Origin: an uncultured euryarchaeote
Lineage (GTDB): Archaea > Thermoplasmatota > Poseidoniia > Poseidoniales > Poseidoniaceae
NCBI GenBank assembly: GCA_963991835.1
Contig: CAXDRT010000001.1
Coordinates: 1 to 60,677, forward strand
DNA: 60,677 nt
Direction of reading: 5' to 3'
This document shows, one piece after another, positions 9,060-18,770 of the stretch (position 1 is its first letter; each line of letters begins with the position of its first letter). The position numbers and the translations under genes are program-made. The notes beneath the pieces were generated by a model that made no database searches, had not been told where the DNA came from, and saw only the letters and a program-made list of their open reading frames with translations.

Positions 9060-12000
9060 TCAGAATCGAGTACCTGAGCCGCCACGAGTTCGTGCCGCCT
9101 TGATACCGAAGTAAAGAATAATGATGATTAACGCTACAATTGCGACGAGAATCAATGAACTGTCTTCCTCATCCGACCCTTGTACAATGTATTCAATTCC
9201 GAAGTCCTCGTTTGGCAAATCACCAGTTGTAAAGTTTGCATCATCACCACTTACTTCGACTCGAACATCAAATCTCTCAATTCCTTGAGATGCTGCTGAC
9301 AAATTGAAGAGGAAGTCCTGTGAACCAAGAGCTGGAACAGAGAGAGTTTTGTTAAATTCCTGTCCGCTCGAAGGTGTTAGGAAGACGGTTACTTCGCTTG
9401 CTGAACGTAGGCCAGAGTTTTCAATAACAATCACGACATTGTTCGGATCTTTATCGGCGAAGGTATTACTTCTTGATTGAGTCTTATCTTCGTCGAATGA
9501 TAATGAAATTCTTGCGGATTCGATTGTAATTTCAACGTCTTGAGATTCACCATTTTCACTGCTAATTCGAACTGTCATGACTACTTCACCACTTTCGAAT
9601 GCTGTATCTGAGGAAACTGTAAATGCCAAATCTCGCATGTTACCCTTTGCAATGGTTGTAACATCGTTCATCGGACCAACAGTCCATCCTTCAGGAAGGT
9701 TGTCAAGTACTTCGTAGGTGAATGTATCATCACCGTTACCGTTGTTGTTTATCGTTAATCCTGCAGTAGTCACACCACCTGGCGATACACCCACAGTCTC
9801 GGTTACATCCGTAGTGTTGAACCCAAAGTATTGCGGAACTGCAACCTTGAGTGACACTTCAGTCATGTCTCCAGTATCTGCCATGAAGCGGACGTTCAAA
9901 GTGTGTCCATTATCGAGATGCCAAGCATCTTCAACCGACGGAAGATTGATTCTTGCTTGAACTGTTCCGTTCATTGTAGCATTTGCATCAACATCACCAA
10001 TACCGAGTGAGAGGTCAATTGAATCAACCCATGCACTGCCGTTGTAGAATTCAAGACTCCAATCAGCTTGGTCAGGTGAAACAGTCACTGTACCAGTAAC
10101 TGCGAAGGTATCCATAATTTCTGTTCCTTCGTATGTTGCAAGAACATCAAATTCAATGGTTGAGTAGTTCGCATCATCATCGGTCAAAATTGTGGCAGTC
10201 ATCTCTCTGTTTTCGTTTGTAAGGCCTGTAGCGTTTACGACATTGTTGACGCCGAGTGTAAGATCACTGTTGGTCTTTCTGTTGTATGAAAGCATAATTG
10301 AAGTTCGACCTTCATCTCCGTTCTCAATTGAGACTCCTGAACTGTAGTTCATTGTCAAGTCTCTTTGAACTGTTGTGAATTCGGAAGAGAACGAGGCTGA
10401 ACCTGATGGAAGTAAGACTTCAAGCGTACCATCTGAGTTGAGAGGCATGTTCCATACTTGTCCTTCACCAAGGTCGATTTCAACTTCCACAACAGATTGA
10501 ACTGGCGAAGAAGCGTTATCCGTACCTGCGTTGTATGGTTGCAAGTTGAATGCCGTGAATTGAGTATTGAGGTCAATCCAGCCACCCTTGCTCATAACAA
10601 GGTCAACTGTACCACCATCTTGTACTGCTGCATCGAGAATACCAATTGCAATTCCACCGCCGTTAAACGGAGCATCTGCTTCAGATACGACAACAACCCA
10701 TTGCCCTGGCTCGAGGGATTGAGTGAAGGTTAATTCATCTGCTGCATATGTACCTGTGACGTTAATCATTTCTTCTTGGTTTTCCGCAGTTCCGTAAAGA
10801 ACAATACTTGCACCATCAAGACGATCAGAATCGAGGATATCAGTGACACTTCCTGTAACGGATACTTGTGCAGCTGCCATTTCAATATCTTGTGACAGTG
10901 GCTCGCCTCCAACGACGTAGAATCCTGAATTGTTATCATCATAATTGACAACACCAAATCCATCCTTTGCTACAGAAACTGTGTAATTTTCAAGAATTGG
11001 TACATAGAGACTCCAAACACCGTTTTCATTGGTTTGGATGACTGTATCGAGACTTCCTCCTTGAATGGTTACGTTCGCACCTTCAACGCCTTCATTAGCA
11101 TCTCCTATGTCATCTTCGTTAACATCCCAGAATGCTTTCCCACCAATTTCGACTTCAAGATCGGCATAGACCATTCCTAGGCTTGTGTTTTCAGTAAGCG
11201 ATTGAGGGGAACTCGAAGTGTCGAGTGACCATACACGTTGTGCAGCAGTCTCGTTCATGAAGAGACTCCATGTACCAGGCATCAGCATTTGTGTAGCATT
11301 ACCATCAGCATCGGTTGGATTCATTGTAATGTTACCGAATCCGTCATGACTTACCAAGACAATTTCCTTTCCAATCAATGTTTGATTGGTACCAGATTCC
11401 ATGAGCGTGAGTGAGACCTCAACGGTTTCAATCATGCTCATATTGAGGTCGATTCGCTGCGAAGCATCAGAATCAACTGTGATTGGCATTCGCAATGATT
11501 CCATGATACCATCAGCGTTTAGCATAGGTGCTACGACAACAACATAGTCGCCTGTAGGGACATATTCAGCGAAGGTTCCGTTTGCATCAACATTCAATGG
11601 AACATATCCTGTTCCGTCAGCGGATGCAAGGAGAATGTTCTCGACCATTGCAGAGCCATTCATCCATGAAATAGTACCTGTAACTCTCCATTCATCAACG
11701 ATTGGAACAACGATGGCCTCTTCAGGTCCATTAAGTCCAATAGCGATAACATCGAGAACTCCATTGAATTCTAAGCTTGCATCCGATGCATTTTCATCAG
11801 CAGCATCGAGGTGATTGGTTTGAATTGCATAGATACCAGGACTTAGAACCGCTTCAACAATACCGTCTTCTGAATAATCAGAGGAGGTTAAGTTAACTTG
11901 CTCACCAATCTGTGATACTGGGATCAATTGAATATCTGGACGAATCGCAGTACCGTTCTCAAACACACTGTCGCCAAGGTCAGTGAAGACGTTGAGAACG

Positions 12001-15000
12001 ACTGTACTGTTGGCTGGATTGGTAATCAAATCAACTGGTTCTGGGTTCATTCCATCAGCGACAGTTACTGAATAATCAGTCACTATTCCTGCATTGTATG
12101 CTGCTTCAGGGATGCTGAAAGACCAAGTTCCATTCAACAATTGAATTTGGAACACACCAGAAGCGTCTGCAAGAGTCTTCCAGACAACACCGTCTTCAGA
12201 AGTCGCATAAATTTCTACAGGTTCGAATTCAGGGATATCTTGATTCCATGGGGTTTCATTATTGAAAAGGTATACATTTCCAATGACCTCAACCGTTGGT
12301 TTTAGGATCATTACGTCAAGTGGAGCCATGTCTTCAACAACTGTCACAAGACCGCCAGCAGAGAATGTAGAGACTGAACTCTCAGCGTTAATGTTGAACG
12401 TCAATCCTGATGGAAGTCGTTGACTGAATTCTCCAAATTGGTCAGTCACAGCAGTAAACTCAAGATTGTTTCCATGGAAACGGACAGGGACGGAACTTGC
12501 ATTCTCATACAATTTCTGTTCTTCTGGGAAAGCAAACCATTCCTCGTACGTCAATCCGGCTGTGTTTGGAGCATTGATTGAACCATTGACCCATACTGAA
12601 GTAGAGTATGTCAGGTCAAGAGTAACGTCTGCATCGACAACAGAGAATTCTTCGATTAGAATGTAATCTTCATCTGAATTATCGCTAATTTCCCATTCTC
12701 CAATAGGTAATTCGATCACAACGACTCCATTCTCGTCAGATACCATATCGAGTGGTAGTAATCCAAGAGGATCGGTCAAGTTGACAGTTCGATTAGATAC
12801 ATCGAATCCAGCAGGACCGTTGAGTGTTATTGTAACGTCATACATCTGAGGAACGCCAAGGTCGAATGTGATGTTCATTGGGTCGTCAAACACTTGAATC
12901 GTTTGATTCATTTCGTAGAAGCCATCTTCATCAAGGTCAACTCTCAGATAGTAGAATCCAGAAGTGATTGGACCATACGATACATTTCCATCTTCACCAG
13001 AAGTCAGGGAAATCAGAGATTCCTCGCCAAGTTCAACATCAATTAATTGAAGTTCTTGATTCGCAAGAACATCTCCATCCATGGTCAACAGGGTGTCTGA
13101 TATCTGTGATGCAGGTAATGTCATTGCAAGATCATATGTTGGTTCAAGACCGACAGTAACCGGATCAGGCAATAGGATTTCTCTGCCATTTGGCATAACT
13201 GCAATCATATTGTATATTCCTGGCAAAATCCCAGTCATGTAGAATGAACCAGGACTTACGAGATCTCCACTAAAGAATCCAGGTCCTATGAAGAGACCAG
13301 TTCCGTTGAGTGTACCAATACCATCGAATGATCCTGTTCCTTCAAATGTCTCACCCACAAGTTCCTTCTTGAGGCTGCTGACACCTTGCGATGTCAATCG
13401 TCCATTCGCCTCAACCTCTCCATCGAGGAGGTATGTTGAGAATTCTGTACCAGTTGAAAGAAGACATAAGGAGGCATTAGCAGGCATGGTTTCATTCTCA
13501 CCACAAGGCAGTGATGCATTGTCATGAGATAACCATGATGCTTCAAGCGTACCTATTCCAACCCATGTTCCGTTTCCTGAGTACACACGATTGTCACCAA
13601 TTTCACGAGTAAAGTTACCTGTGAAGTTGTAAGCAAGTGCAACACCATCGCTTGTGAAGCTACCAACATCGGAGAAGGTTACTTCCCCAGTTCCTTGGAG
13701 AACTCGTGATTCTTCGCTATCGAAGGAACCATTCGTTGTAGTCAATGTGTAGTTCTCTGTCATGGACCAAATGTTCCTTAGAATGAAATCTGTTTCAACA
13801 AGAGGCTCTCCAGCGAACTCACCGAAGCCAGACCAGTCTACAGTACCGGATACACCGCTACCTTCGACTTCGATGTTCATCTCTTCAGTAACATCCTCCA
13901 AACGATCAGCTTGTGCTCCAGTGACGTTGAGTGTGGATTCTCCTAGCCAAGTCATGTTTGCAACTTGACCGAGAATAGCGGTAATTGCATAGACATCACG
14001 TTCAGTGTTAACATCTGTCAACAAGTCGCCCAGACCACTTTGGTATTCACCGGTTTGAACTGTTTGAATCGCTTCAGTATCATCAAATATGCCCGCAAAA
14101 GCACTCACTCTAATTCGACCAGCAGGTGCAATAAAGCTCCAATCTCCGTTTTCATCAGTATCTGTGAATCCAATCGGGATCCAATACGTATCATCGTCAC
14201 CGTCAATTATATCCTCTCCAGAGAATGCATCTCTTTCGATTAGAATTCGAGTATTTGGCAAACCAATTTCTTCGTTCTCCATGTACACAGTTCCTTCTAT
14301 TTCAGCACCTGAATAGTACTTCATTATTTTAACATCAGCATTTGCATAAATATCGACACCTGTTCGTGCTTGATTCAACGTGATTGATGATTCGTTAGGA
14401 CTGTACCAGTTTGCAATAACAAAGTGATTCATCATTGCACCTGGAAGAGGGTATGCTTGTTGGAGGAAATTCGTCCCTACGTCATTGTGTAGAAGTTGTT
14501 GCTTCGGCTGTGGATTTGTAGACCCAGCATCGGCACCAAGAGTTGATGCTCCGTAACCAACATAGGAACGGGCAAGCATTGTGTCAAAGAATTCTGGTAG
14601 ATGGTCTACTCTGATATCGTCCACTTGAAGTGGATCAATGTCGGCACCAGACTGTTGGTCAAGTACATCCTTGAGCATTGCAGCATCAACTTCCTCTCGG
14701 GACAATTCACGAATTGGTTCGTCACCACGAACAGTTTCGTATACTTCGCTTGTGAATGTGTTGAAATCTTGTCCTGAAAGAATTGTAGGTGCGCCAAAGA
14801 TACCGAGAGGTCGACCACCATTGTAGCCAGCATCAGAATTGTATCGACCAGCACGTGGATACAGTTTATCGTCCACAGCAAAATATCGAATTTCGTGGTT
14901 ACGTGTGATTGTTTCACCAGGAGCGCCTTCGTAATCTTGTACTTCGTATCCATCCATCTTGATGATGGCGGTGTAGAGGTCAATGATTTGTTCTTCAGAT

Positions 15001-18000
15001 AATCCGTTTGTCAGGAGTTGAACTGTCATAGCAATGTGAGAGTTTGCACGGTGAAGACCTGTGGAAACGGAGGTGTACTCTTCGACTAAGTCAGAGGTGT
15101 ACCAGTATTCTCCAAAGGTATAGTGAGTGATCGAGTTAACAATCTCTTTGCTTACATCTGCATTGTTCGTGAATGTAGTGTTCGCAATTGTTTCATTTTC
15201 GAAGTCACCGTTGTAACAGTAGTCGCTAAAGGTGCTGTCACAAGGAATAATTTCGCCACCAGACCAAACACGGTAGTGAGGCTTTAGGTTTGTATCAGGA
15301 ATTCCGTTTGAGTCCAGAGGGAATCCTCGCGCCATGTATGTATCACCCTTGCTCTTGTAGACTTCATATGAGTGGTCAGCAACAACATCTGCCATTTGGT
15401 CCATATCCTTTCCAGATTGGGTCATGATAAGGTTGAGTTCATCGATTTGAGATTCGTTCAAGAATTCATCCAATATCAGTTCGAATCCAGGAGTAAAGGT
15501 TCGTTCTCCATCTCCGTGATTAATATTGTAGGCAAGATCTCCGCCAGCAAGGTGTTGAATAAACATAGCAACCAAATCGGTTTGGCTTCGTGCAAGAAGC
15601 ATGTTACCTGATGCTGGAATACCACTTTGGAAGTTATCGGAAACAGATGGGTGTTCTCCTGAATTCAAGGCTTGGAAACCATAATCCCACCAAGAGACAA
15701 AGGCAGGTTTATCTGAGAATTTCATACCGCAAGTACTCGAATTCGCATGCCAATTCCCGTCTAATTCACTGCATGAAGCTTCGTCAGAAACACCCATATG
15801 TGCTTGATCTTGTTCAGATAACCAATCGAATGCATCGTTCCAGTGAAGGCCGTTAAATCCACTTCCGAAGGAACCCAAGTAAGAGCGGCCACCGAAGGCT
15901 TCGTAGTCACGGCTATCAAGAAGAGATACACCAAGGTCATCCCAACGCAGGATATCAGGTATTGTGTAGTAGAAATCTTCGTCAAGGTCTCCCTCTGCAG
16001 GGGAGTTACTCGGTATAGCAGAATCCAATCCATAGGTCAATTGTTGACCTGTTAGCATAATCAGTACAAGAAGAACGGCAGAGAACGTAGGTGTTCTCCA
16101 AACTGCTTTTCTTGCCCCAGCAATACGGTCAGAAGGAGTTCGTATTCCAGCTCGTTTCCAAGTTCGAACAAGTCCATCCCAATTCGCCCACTTCCATAAT
16201 CCTGCAATTCCCGCTGCACCCATGATGGCGACAACAGGAGTTGCGTTGAAGAGGAAACGTGCAGCAGTCCATGACATGTAAGAAGCTGCAAAGATCCATA
16301 TTCCAAACACAAGTGAAATCTGACTTCGTTGGCTGAATGTCTTCCATAGACAAATGAGTCCAACAACCAATGCAAGTACGAATACAACAGGTCCGAAACT
16401 TGCAAACATGTATCCACGGTCAGGAGCATTTGCTTCTGCAACTGTTCCAAAAATCTTGGTCTTTGTGAAGTATCCACTTCCTGTGAAGAGAACATCCCAA
16501 GCGTTGCTTACGTCTGTGAGTTTCAAGACGTAAAGAATTGCAAAGAAGATGGTTGCACCTGTAGCAAGAGTACCTAGAACGAGAAGCCATGGCTTGTCTC
16601 TAAATCCAGTTGTGATGTACATGATGACAATTGTGAAGAACAGAATGTACAGGAATGGTTGCAATCCTGTGCCATCTAGAACCAAGTTCATTTGCGGATG
16701 AGCATAGAACGGTAGAGCCATCAGAAGATTCGTGAATAGCATAGTCAGGAAGAGTGTGCTGATTATTGTCGAATCTCTTCTGCGGAACATATTCAATGCA
16801 ACTTGTGCGGCATAAGCAAGGAAGAGAATTGAAGGTCCTACGACGAATCCTTTCCATCCAAGGCTGGCTGCTCCGAATGCAACACCTGCCAAAACTGCGT
16901 TTGACATGGCATACTTTCGCTGTTGAGCAACTGCACCCATTGCACGAATCATATCGAGAGGATGAATCGAAGTGGTTCGAACAAGTCTCTCAGAACCTGC
17001 ATATTTGACTGCTCTAAGATAGAACATAAATCCAATCGCAATAAAGAGCATTACGAACGAATCGTGGTCCGCCAATCCCCAAGTGGAGTGGGTTACGTGA
17101 GCAGGCATGAATGCAATTAACCAAGCTGCAATAACTCCGGTTAATTTTCCAAAGTGATCTTTCGCAATCGTTGCTACTGGAAGAATTGTAAGAGCACCGT
17201 AAACAGCAGGAAGAGCGAGCATACTCCACCATACAGCATTGGTTTCACCAACGAATGGTTGGAGAGCCATGGCACCAAGTGCTAGGCTCCACGAGAACAA
17301 CGGTGGTCGAGGATTGATTCCACCAATTGGATAAAATCGATCTGCGTCATAGACAAGGTGAGCGTTCTGTGCAAGAATATAATCGACAACACGCTTCATG
17401 TACCAAGGGTCAGAACCACCAGTCATATCGAAACTTTCAGTTCCTTGTGCGTACATTGAAGGTACGGCATACCATTGTATTCGAATCACAAGTCCAACAA
17501 TGAATGCTACTGCAGTAAGCAAAGAAGCCCAGTGTGCATTCCAGAATTCACGTGCTCCGCTAGGGCGATGCTCTTCTCGATTCGACCATCCACCATACTT
17601 GTCATGGTTACCAATTATCGAGATTGCCACGCCGATAAAGAACGTGATTGCAAGCCAAATTAGAGGAGACCAAGAGTCGTTGAAACTCTCATTTGTCCAG
17701 AACCCTGATTCATACCAGGAACCAACAAGATACAACATCCATAGAGAGGAGATTGTCATTGCACGAGTAAGCCAACGTTCTGCAACCATACCAGAAACGA
17801 TGATGGCTACAATACCTGTGAGAAGTGCTGGCCAGTATCCCGCATATCCGTTTGCTTCAACACCGCCAAGACCGCCAAGTTTGAGTCTGTCTGCGATAGA
17901 AACTTGGTCGAAATGCCAGATTGTGAGTAGGTGAGCAGCAGCCCAAATAACGAGTGCAATTTGAAGAGGAAGTGCATTTCTATTCCATGCACCTTCCTTG

Positions 18001-18644
18001 ACTGTTCCATAAGCAAACCACCCTTTATCGTTGGCAGGGCTCAATAATCCACGTCCTGCAACACCGATTGCAAGTCCAAGGATCGGGAATATTGTCAACC
18101 ATGTAAAGAAGACAAATCCAAGAGCTGTTTTTTGGAATGTGCCAACAGGATAGGCTTGCGTCGCATTCGGGAAGAGATATTCGCTTGGGAGATATTCCGT
18201 TACTCCAACTGCAGCAGTAATGTCCATTGCCGAATGTACACCGACACCTGCGAAGGTGAGCATCGTCATCCATTCATGTCGGCCTCGTGTATCGAGTAAA
18301 TACCCACCAAATGTCACGATAAAGAAGGTGAAACCTGTGAACGAATCGATGTTGCGCTCGACAAGTCCTGAACCAACAAGAGAAATGACAAACATAGCGA
18401 GGGAGATTCTTGTTTCTGTCATTGAATCTGGAAGGTTACCTAGTTCACGAAGTACACGTGGTGTTACAGCAAGTAATCCTGCTACACCAGTGGCGATGAT
18501 TGGCATCATCGCATCTTTGTTCAATTCAACGTCGATCGACATAAGTCCGTCGACGTAGTTTGCTAGTATTGCAATAAGCACTGCAAGTGGGGCGATGAGC
18601 CAACCAAAAACAGGCCTTTGCGAGGTCTTTGATACCTTTTCCAT
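9060..18644 (-). CDS. aglB: giant archaeal oligosaccharyltransferase AglB/STT3 fused to N-terminal polytopic module and C-terminal beta-sandwich repeat ectodomain
   Basis: 3194 aa. The STT3 motifs are present: EL1 GGSDPWYMKR (aa ~410-418), DxD-type WGLADHDSF, TIxE-type GTVAEAN, and WWDYG (FVSWWDYGFQ, aa 985-989). WWDYG is read as ccataatcccacca at nt 15679-15692. A possible DK motif AVDDKLYP lies at nt ~14853-14882. The C-terminal half holds CarboxypepD_reg/Ig-like repeats, NEW3/CARDB-like modules (LTINNNGNGDDTFTYEVLDNLPEGWTVG) and a terminal TM (LILVAIVALIIIILYFGI). SD-like GAGGG lies 7-11 nt upstream of the ATG. Confidence 0.85.
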   Translation of the reverse strand: MEKVSKTSQRPVFGWLIAPLAVLIAILANYVDGLMSIDVELNKDAMMPIIATGVAGLLAVTPRVLRELGNLPDSMTETRISLAMFVISLVGSGLVERNIDSFTGFTFFIVTFGGYLLDTRGRHEWMTMLTFAGVGVHSAMDITAAVGVTEYLPSEYLFPNATQAYPVGTFQKTALGFVFFTWLTIFPILGLAIGVAGRGLLSPANDKGWFAYGTVKEGAWNRNALPLQIALVIWAAAHLLTIWHFDQVSIADRLKLGGLGGVEANGYAGYWPALLTGIVAIIVSGMVAERWLTRAMTISSLWMLYLVGSWYESGFWTNESFNDSWSPLIWLAITFFIGVAISIIGNHDKYGGWSNREEHRPSGAREFWNAHWASLLTAVAFIVGLVIRIQWYAVPSMYAQGTESFDMTGGSDPWYMKRVVDYILAQNAHLVYDADRFYPIGGINPRPPLFSWSLALGAMALQPFVGETNAVWWSMLALPAVYGALTILPVATIAKDHFGKLTGVIAAWLIAFMPAHVTHSTWGLADHDSFVMLFIAIGFMFYLRAVKYAGSERLVRTTSIHPLDMIRAMGAVAQQRKYAMSNAVLAGVAFGAASLGWKGFVVGPSILFLAYAAQVALNMFRRRDSTIISTLFLTMLFTNLLMALPFYAHPQMNLVLDGTGLQPFLYILFFTIVIMYITTGFRDKPWLLVLGTLATGATIFFAILYVLKLTDVSNAWDVLFTGSGYFTKTKIFGTVAEANAPDRGYMFASFGPVVFVLALVVGLICLWKTFSQRSQISLVFGIWIFAASYMSWTAARFLFNATPVVAIMGAAGIAGLWKWANWDGLVRTWKRAGIRTPSDRIAGARKAVWRTPTFSAVLLVLIMLTGQQLTYGLDSAIPSNSPAEGDLDEDFYYTIPDILRWDDLGVSLLDSRDYEAFGGRSYLGSFGSGFNGLHWNDAFDWLSEQDQAHMGVSDEASCSELDGNWHANSSTCGMKFSDKPAFVSWWDYGFQALNSGEHPSVSDNFQSGIPASGNMLLARSQTDLVAMFIQHLAGGDLAYNINHGDGERTFTPGFELILDEFLNESQIDELNLIMTQSGKDMDQMADVVADHSYEVYKSKGDTYMARGFPLDSNGIPDTNLKPHYRVWSGGEIIPCDSTFSDYCYNGDFENETIANTTFTNNADVSKEIVNSITHYTFGEYWYTSDLVEEYTSVSTGLHRANSHIAMTVQLLTNGLSEEQIIDLYTAIIKMDGYEVQDYEGAPGETITRNHEIRYFAVDDKLYPRAGRYNSDAGYNGGRPLGIFGAPTILSGQDFNTFTSEVYETVRGDEPIRELSREEVDAAMLKDVLDQQSGADIDPLQVDDIRVDHLPEFFDTMLARSYVGYGASTLGADAGSTNPQPKQQLLHNDVGTNFLQQAYPLPGAMMNHFVIANWYSPNESSITLNQARTGVDIYANADVKIMKYYSGAEIEGTVYMENEEIGLPNTRILIERDAFSGEDIIDGDDDTYWIPIGFTDTDENGDWSFIAPAGRIRVSAFAGIFDDTEAIQTVQTGEYQSGLGDLLTDVNTERDVYAITAILGQVANMTWLGESTLNVTGAQADRLEDVTEEMNIEVEGSGVSGTVDWSGFGEFAGEPLVETDFILRNIWSMTENYTLTTTNGSFDSEESRVLQGTGEVTFSDVGSFTSDGVALAYNFTGNFTREIGDNRVYSGNGTWVGIGTLEASWLSHDNASLPCGENETMPANASLCLLSTGTEFSTYLLDGEVEANGRLTSQGVSSLKKELVGETFEGTGSFDGIGTLNGTGLFIGPGFFSGDLVSPGSFYMTGILPGIYNMIAVMPNGREILLPDPVTVGLEPTYDLAMTLPASQISDTLLTMDGDVLANQELQLIDVELGEESLISLTSGEDGNVSYGPITSGFYYLRVDLDEDGFYEMNQTIQVFDDPMNITFDLGVPQMYDVTITLNGPAGFDVSNRTVNLTDPLGLLPLDMVSDENGVVVIELPIGEWEISDNSDEDYILIEEFSVVDADVTLDLTYSTSVWVNGSINAPNTAGLTYEEWFAFPEEQKLYENASSVPVRFHGNNLEFTAVTDQFGEFSQRLPSGLTFNINAESSVSTFSAGGLVTVVEDMAPLDVMILKPTVEVIGNVYLFNNETPWNQDIPEFEPVEIYATSEDGVVWKTLADASGVFQIQLLNGTWSFSIPEAAYNAGIVTDYSVTVADGMNPEPVDLITNPANSTVVLNVFTDLGDSVFENGTAIRPDIQLIPVSQIGEQVNLTSSDYSEDGIVEAVLSPGIYAIQTNHLDAADENASDASLEFNGVLDVIAIGLNGPEEAIVVPIVDEWRVTGTISWMNGSAMVENILLASADGTGYVPLNVDANGTFAEYVPTGDYVVVVAPMLNADGIMESLRMPITVDSDASQRIDLNMSMIETVEVSLTLMESGTNQTLIGKEIVLVSHDGFGNITMNPTDADGNATQMLMPGTWSLFMNETAAQRVWSLDTSSSPQSLTENTSLGMVYADLEVEIGGKAFWDVNEDDIGDANEGVEGANVTIQGGSLDTVIQTNENGVWSLYVPILENYTVSVAKDGFGVVNYDDNNSGFYVVGGEPLSQDIEMAAAQVSVTGSVTDILDSDRLDGASIVLYGTAENQEEMINVTGTYAADELTFTQSLEPGQWVVVVSEADAPFNGGGIAIGILDAAVQDGGTVDLVMSKGGWIDLNTQFTAFNLQPYNAGTDNASSPVQSVVEVEIDLGEGQVWNMPLNSDGTLEVLLPSGSASFSSEFTTVQRDLTMNYSSGVSIENGDEGRTSIMLSYNRKTNSDLTLGVNNVVNATGLTNENREMTATILTDDDANYSTIEFDVLATYEGTEIMDTFAVTGTVTVSPDQADWSLEFYNGSAWVDSIDLSLGIGDVDANATMNGTVQARINLPSVEDAWHLDNGHTLNVRFMADTGDMTEVSLKVAVPQYFGFNTTDVTETVGVSPGGVTTAGLTINNNGNGDDTFTYEVLDNLPEGWTVGPMNDVTTIAKGNMRDLAFTVSSDTAFESGEVVMTVRISSENGESQDVEITIESARISLSFDEDKTQSRSNTFADKDPNNVVIVIENSGLRSASEVTVFLTPSSGQEFNKTLSVPALGSQDFLFNLSAASQGIERFDVRVEVSGDDANFTTGDLPNEDFGIEYIVQGSDEEDSSLILVAIVALIIIILYFGIKAARTRGGSGTRF

Positions 18645-18662
18645 TGTTTTCCCTCAGAGGAT

Positions 18663-18688
18663 TGCTCGACAGCAGCAATGCTGGAGCA
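18663..18688 (-). other. imperfect hairpin in the purD-aglB intergenic spacer just upstream of the aglB RBS
   Basis: In TGCTCGACAGCAGCAATGCTGGAGCA, the arms TGCTC/GAGCA and CAGCA/TGCTG pair around a GCAA loop with a 2-nt bulge. It lies 19-44 nt upstream of the aglB ATG. Role unknown. Confidence 0.2.
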
Positions 18689-18770
18689 CTTCGCCCACTT
18701 TCGACCCTCTTTTAATCCCTACTGTCAATGAGTCCTCAAAATCAAGCAACACAATGGGATTTTTTTTCTT

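Noticed and set aside
17398-17934. 178-aa plus-strand ORF, plus many other 60-140-aa ORFs between 9718 and 18558, antisense to or out of frame with aglB
   Set aside because: They lie entirely inside a 9.6-kb ORF that carries unambiguous STT3 motifs. Their sequences are low-complexity with no motifs, so they are typical shadow ORFs.
18760-18767. T8 run (and a similar T8 at 28510-28517) considered as archaeal oligo-T terminators
   Set aside because: Both runs are on the plus strand while all flanking genes are on the minus strand, so on the transcribed strand they read as A-runs. They more likely belong to AT-rich promoter or spacer sequence.
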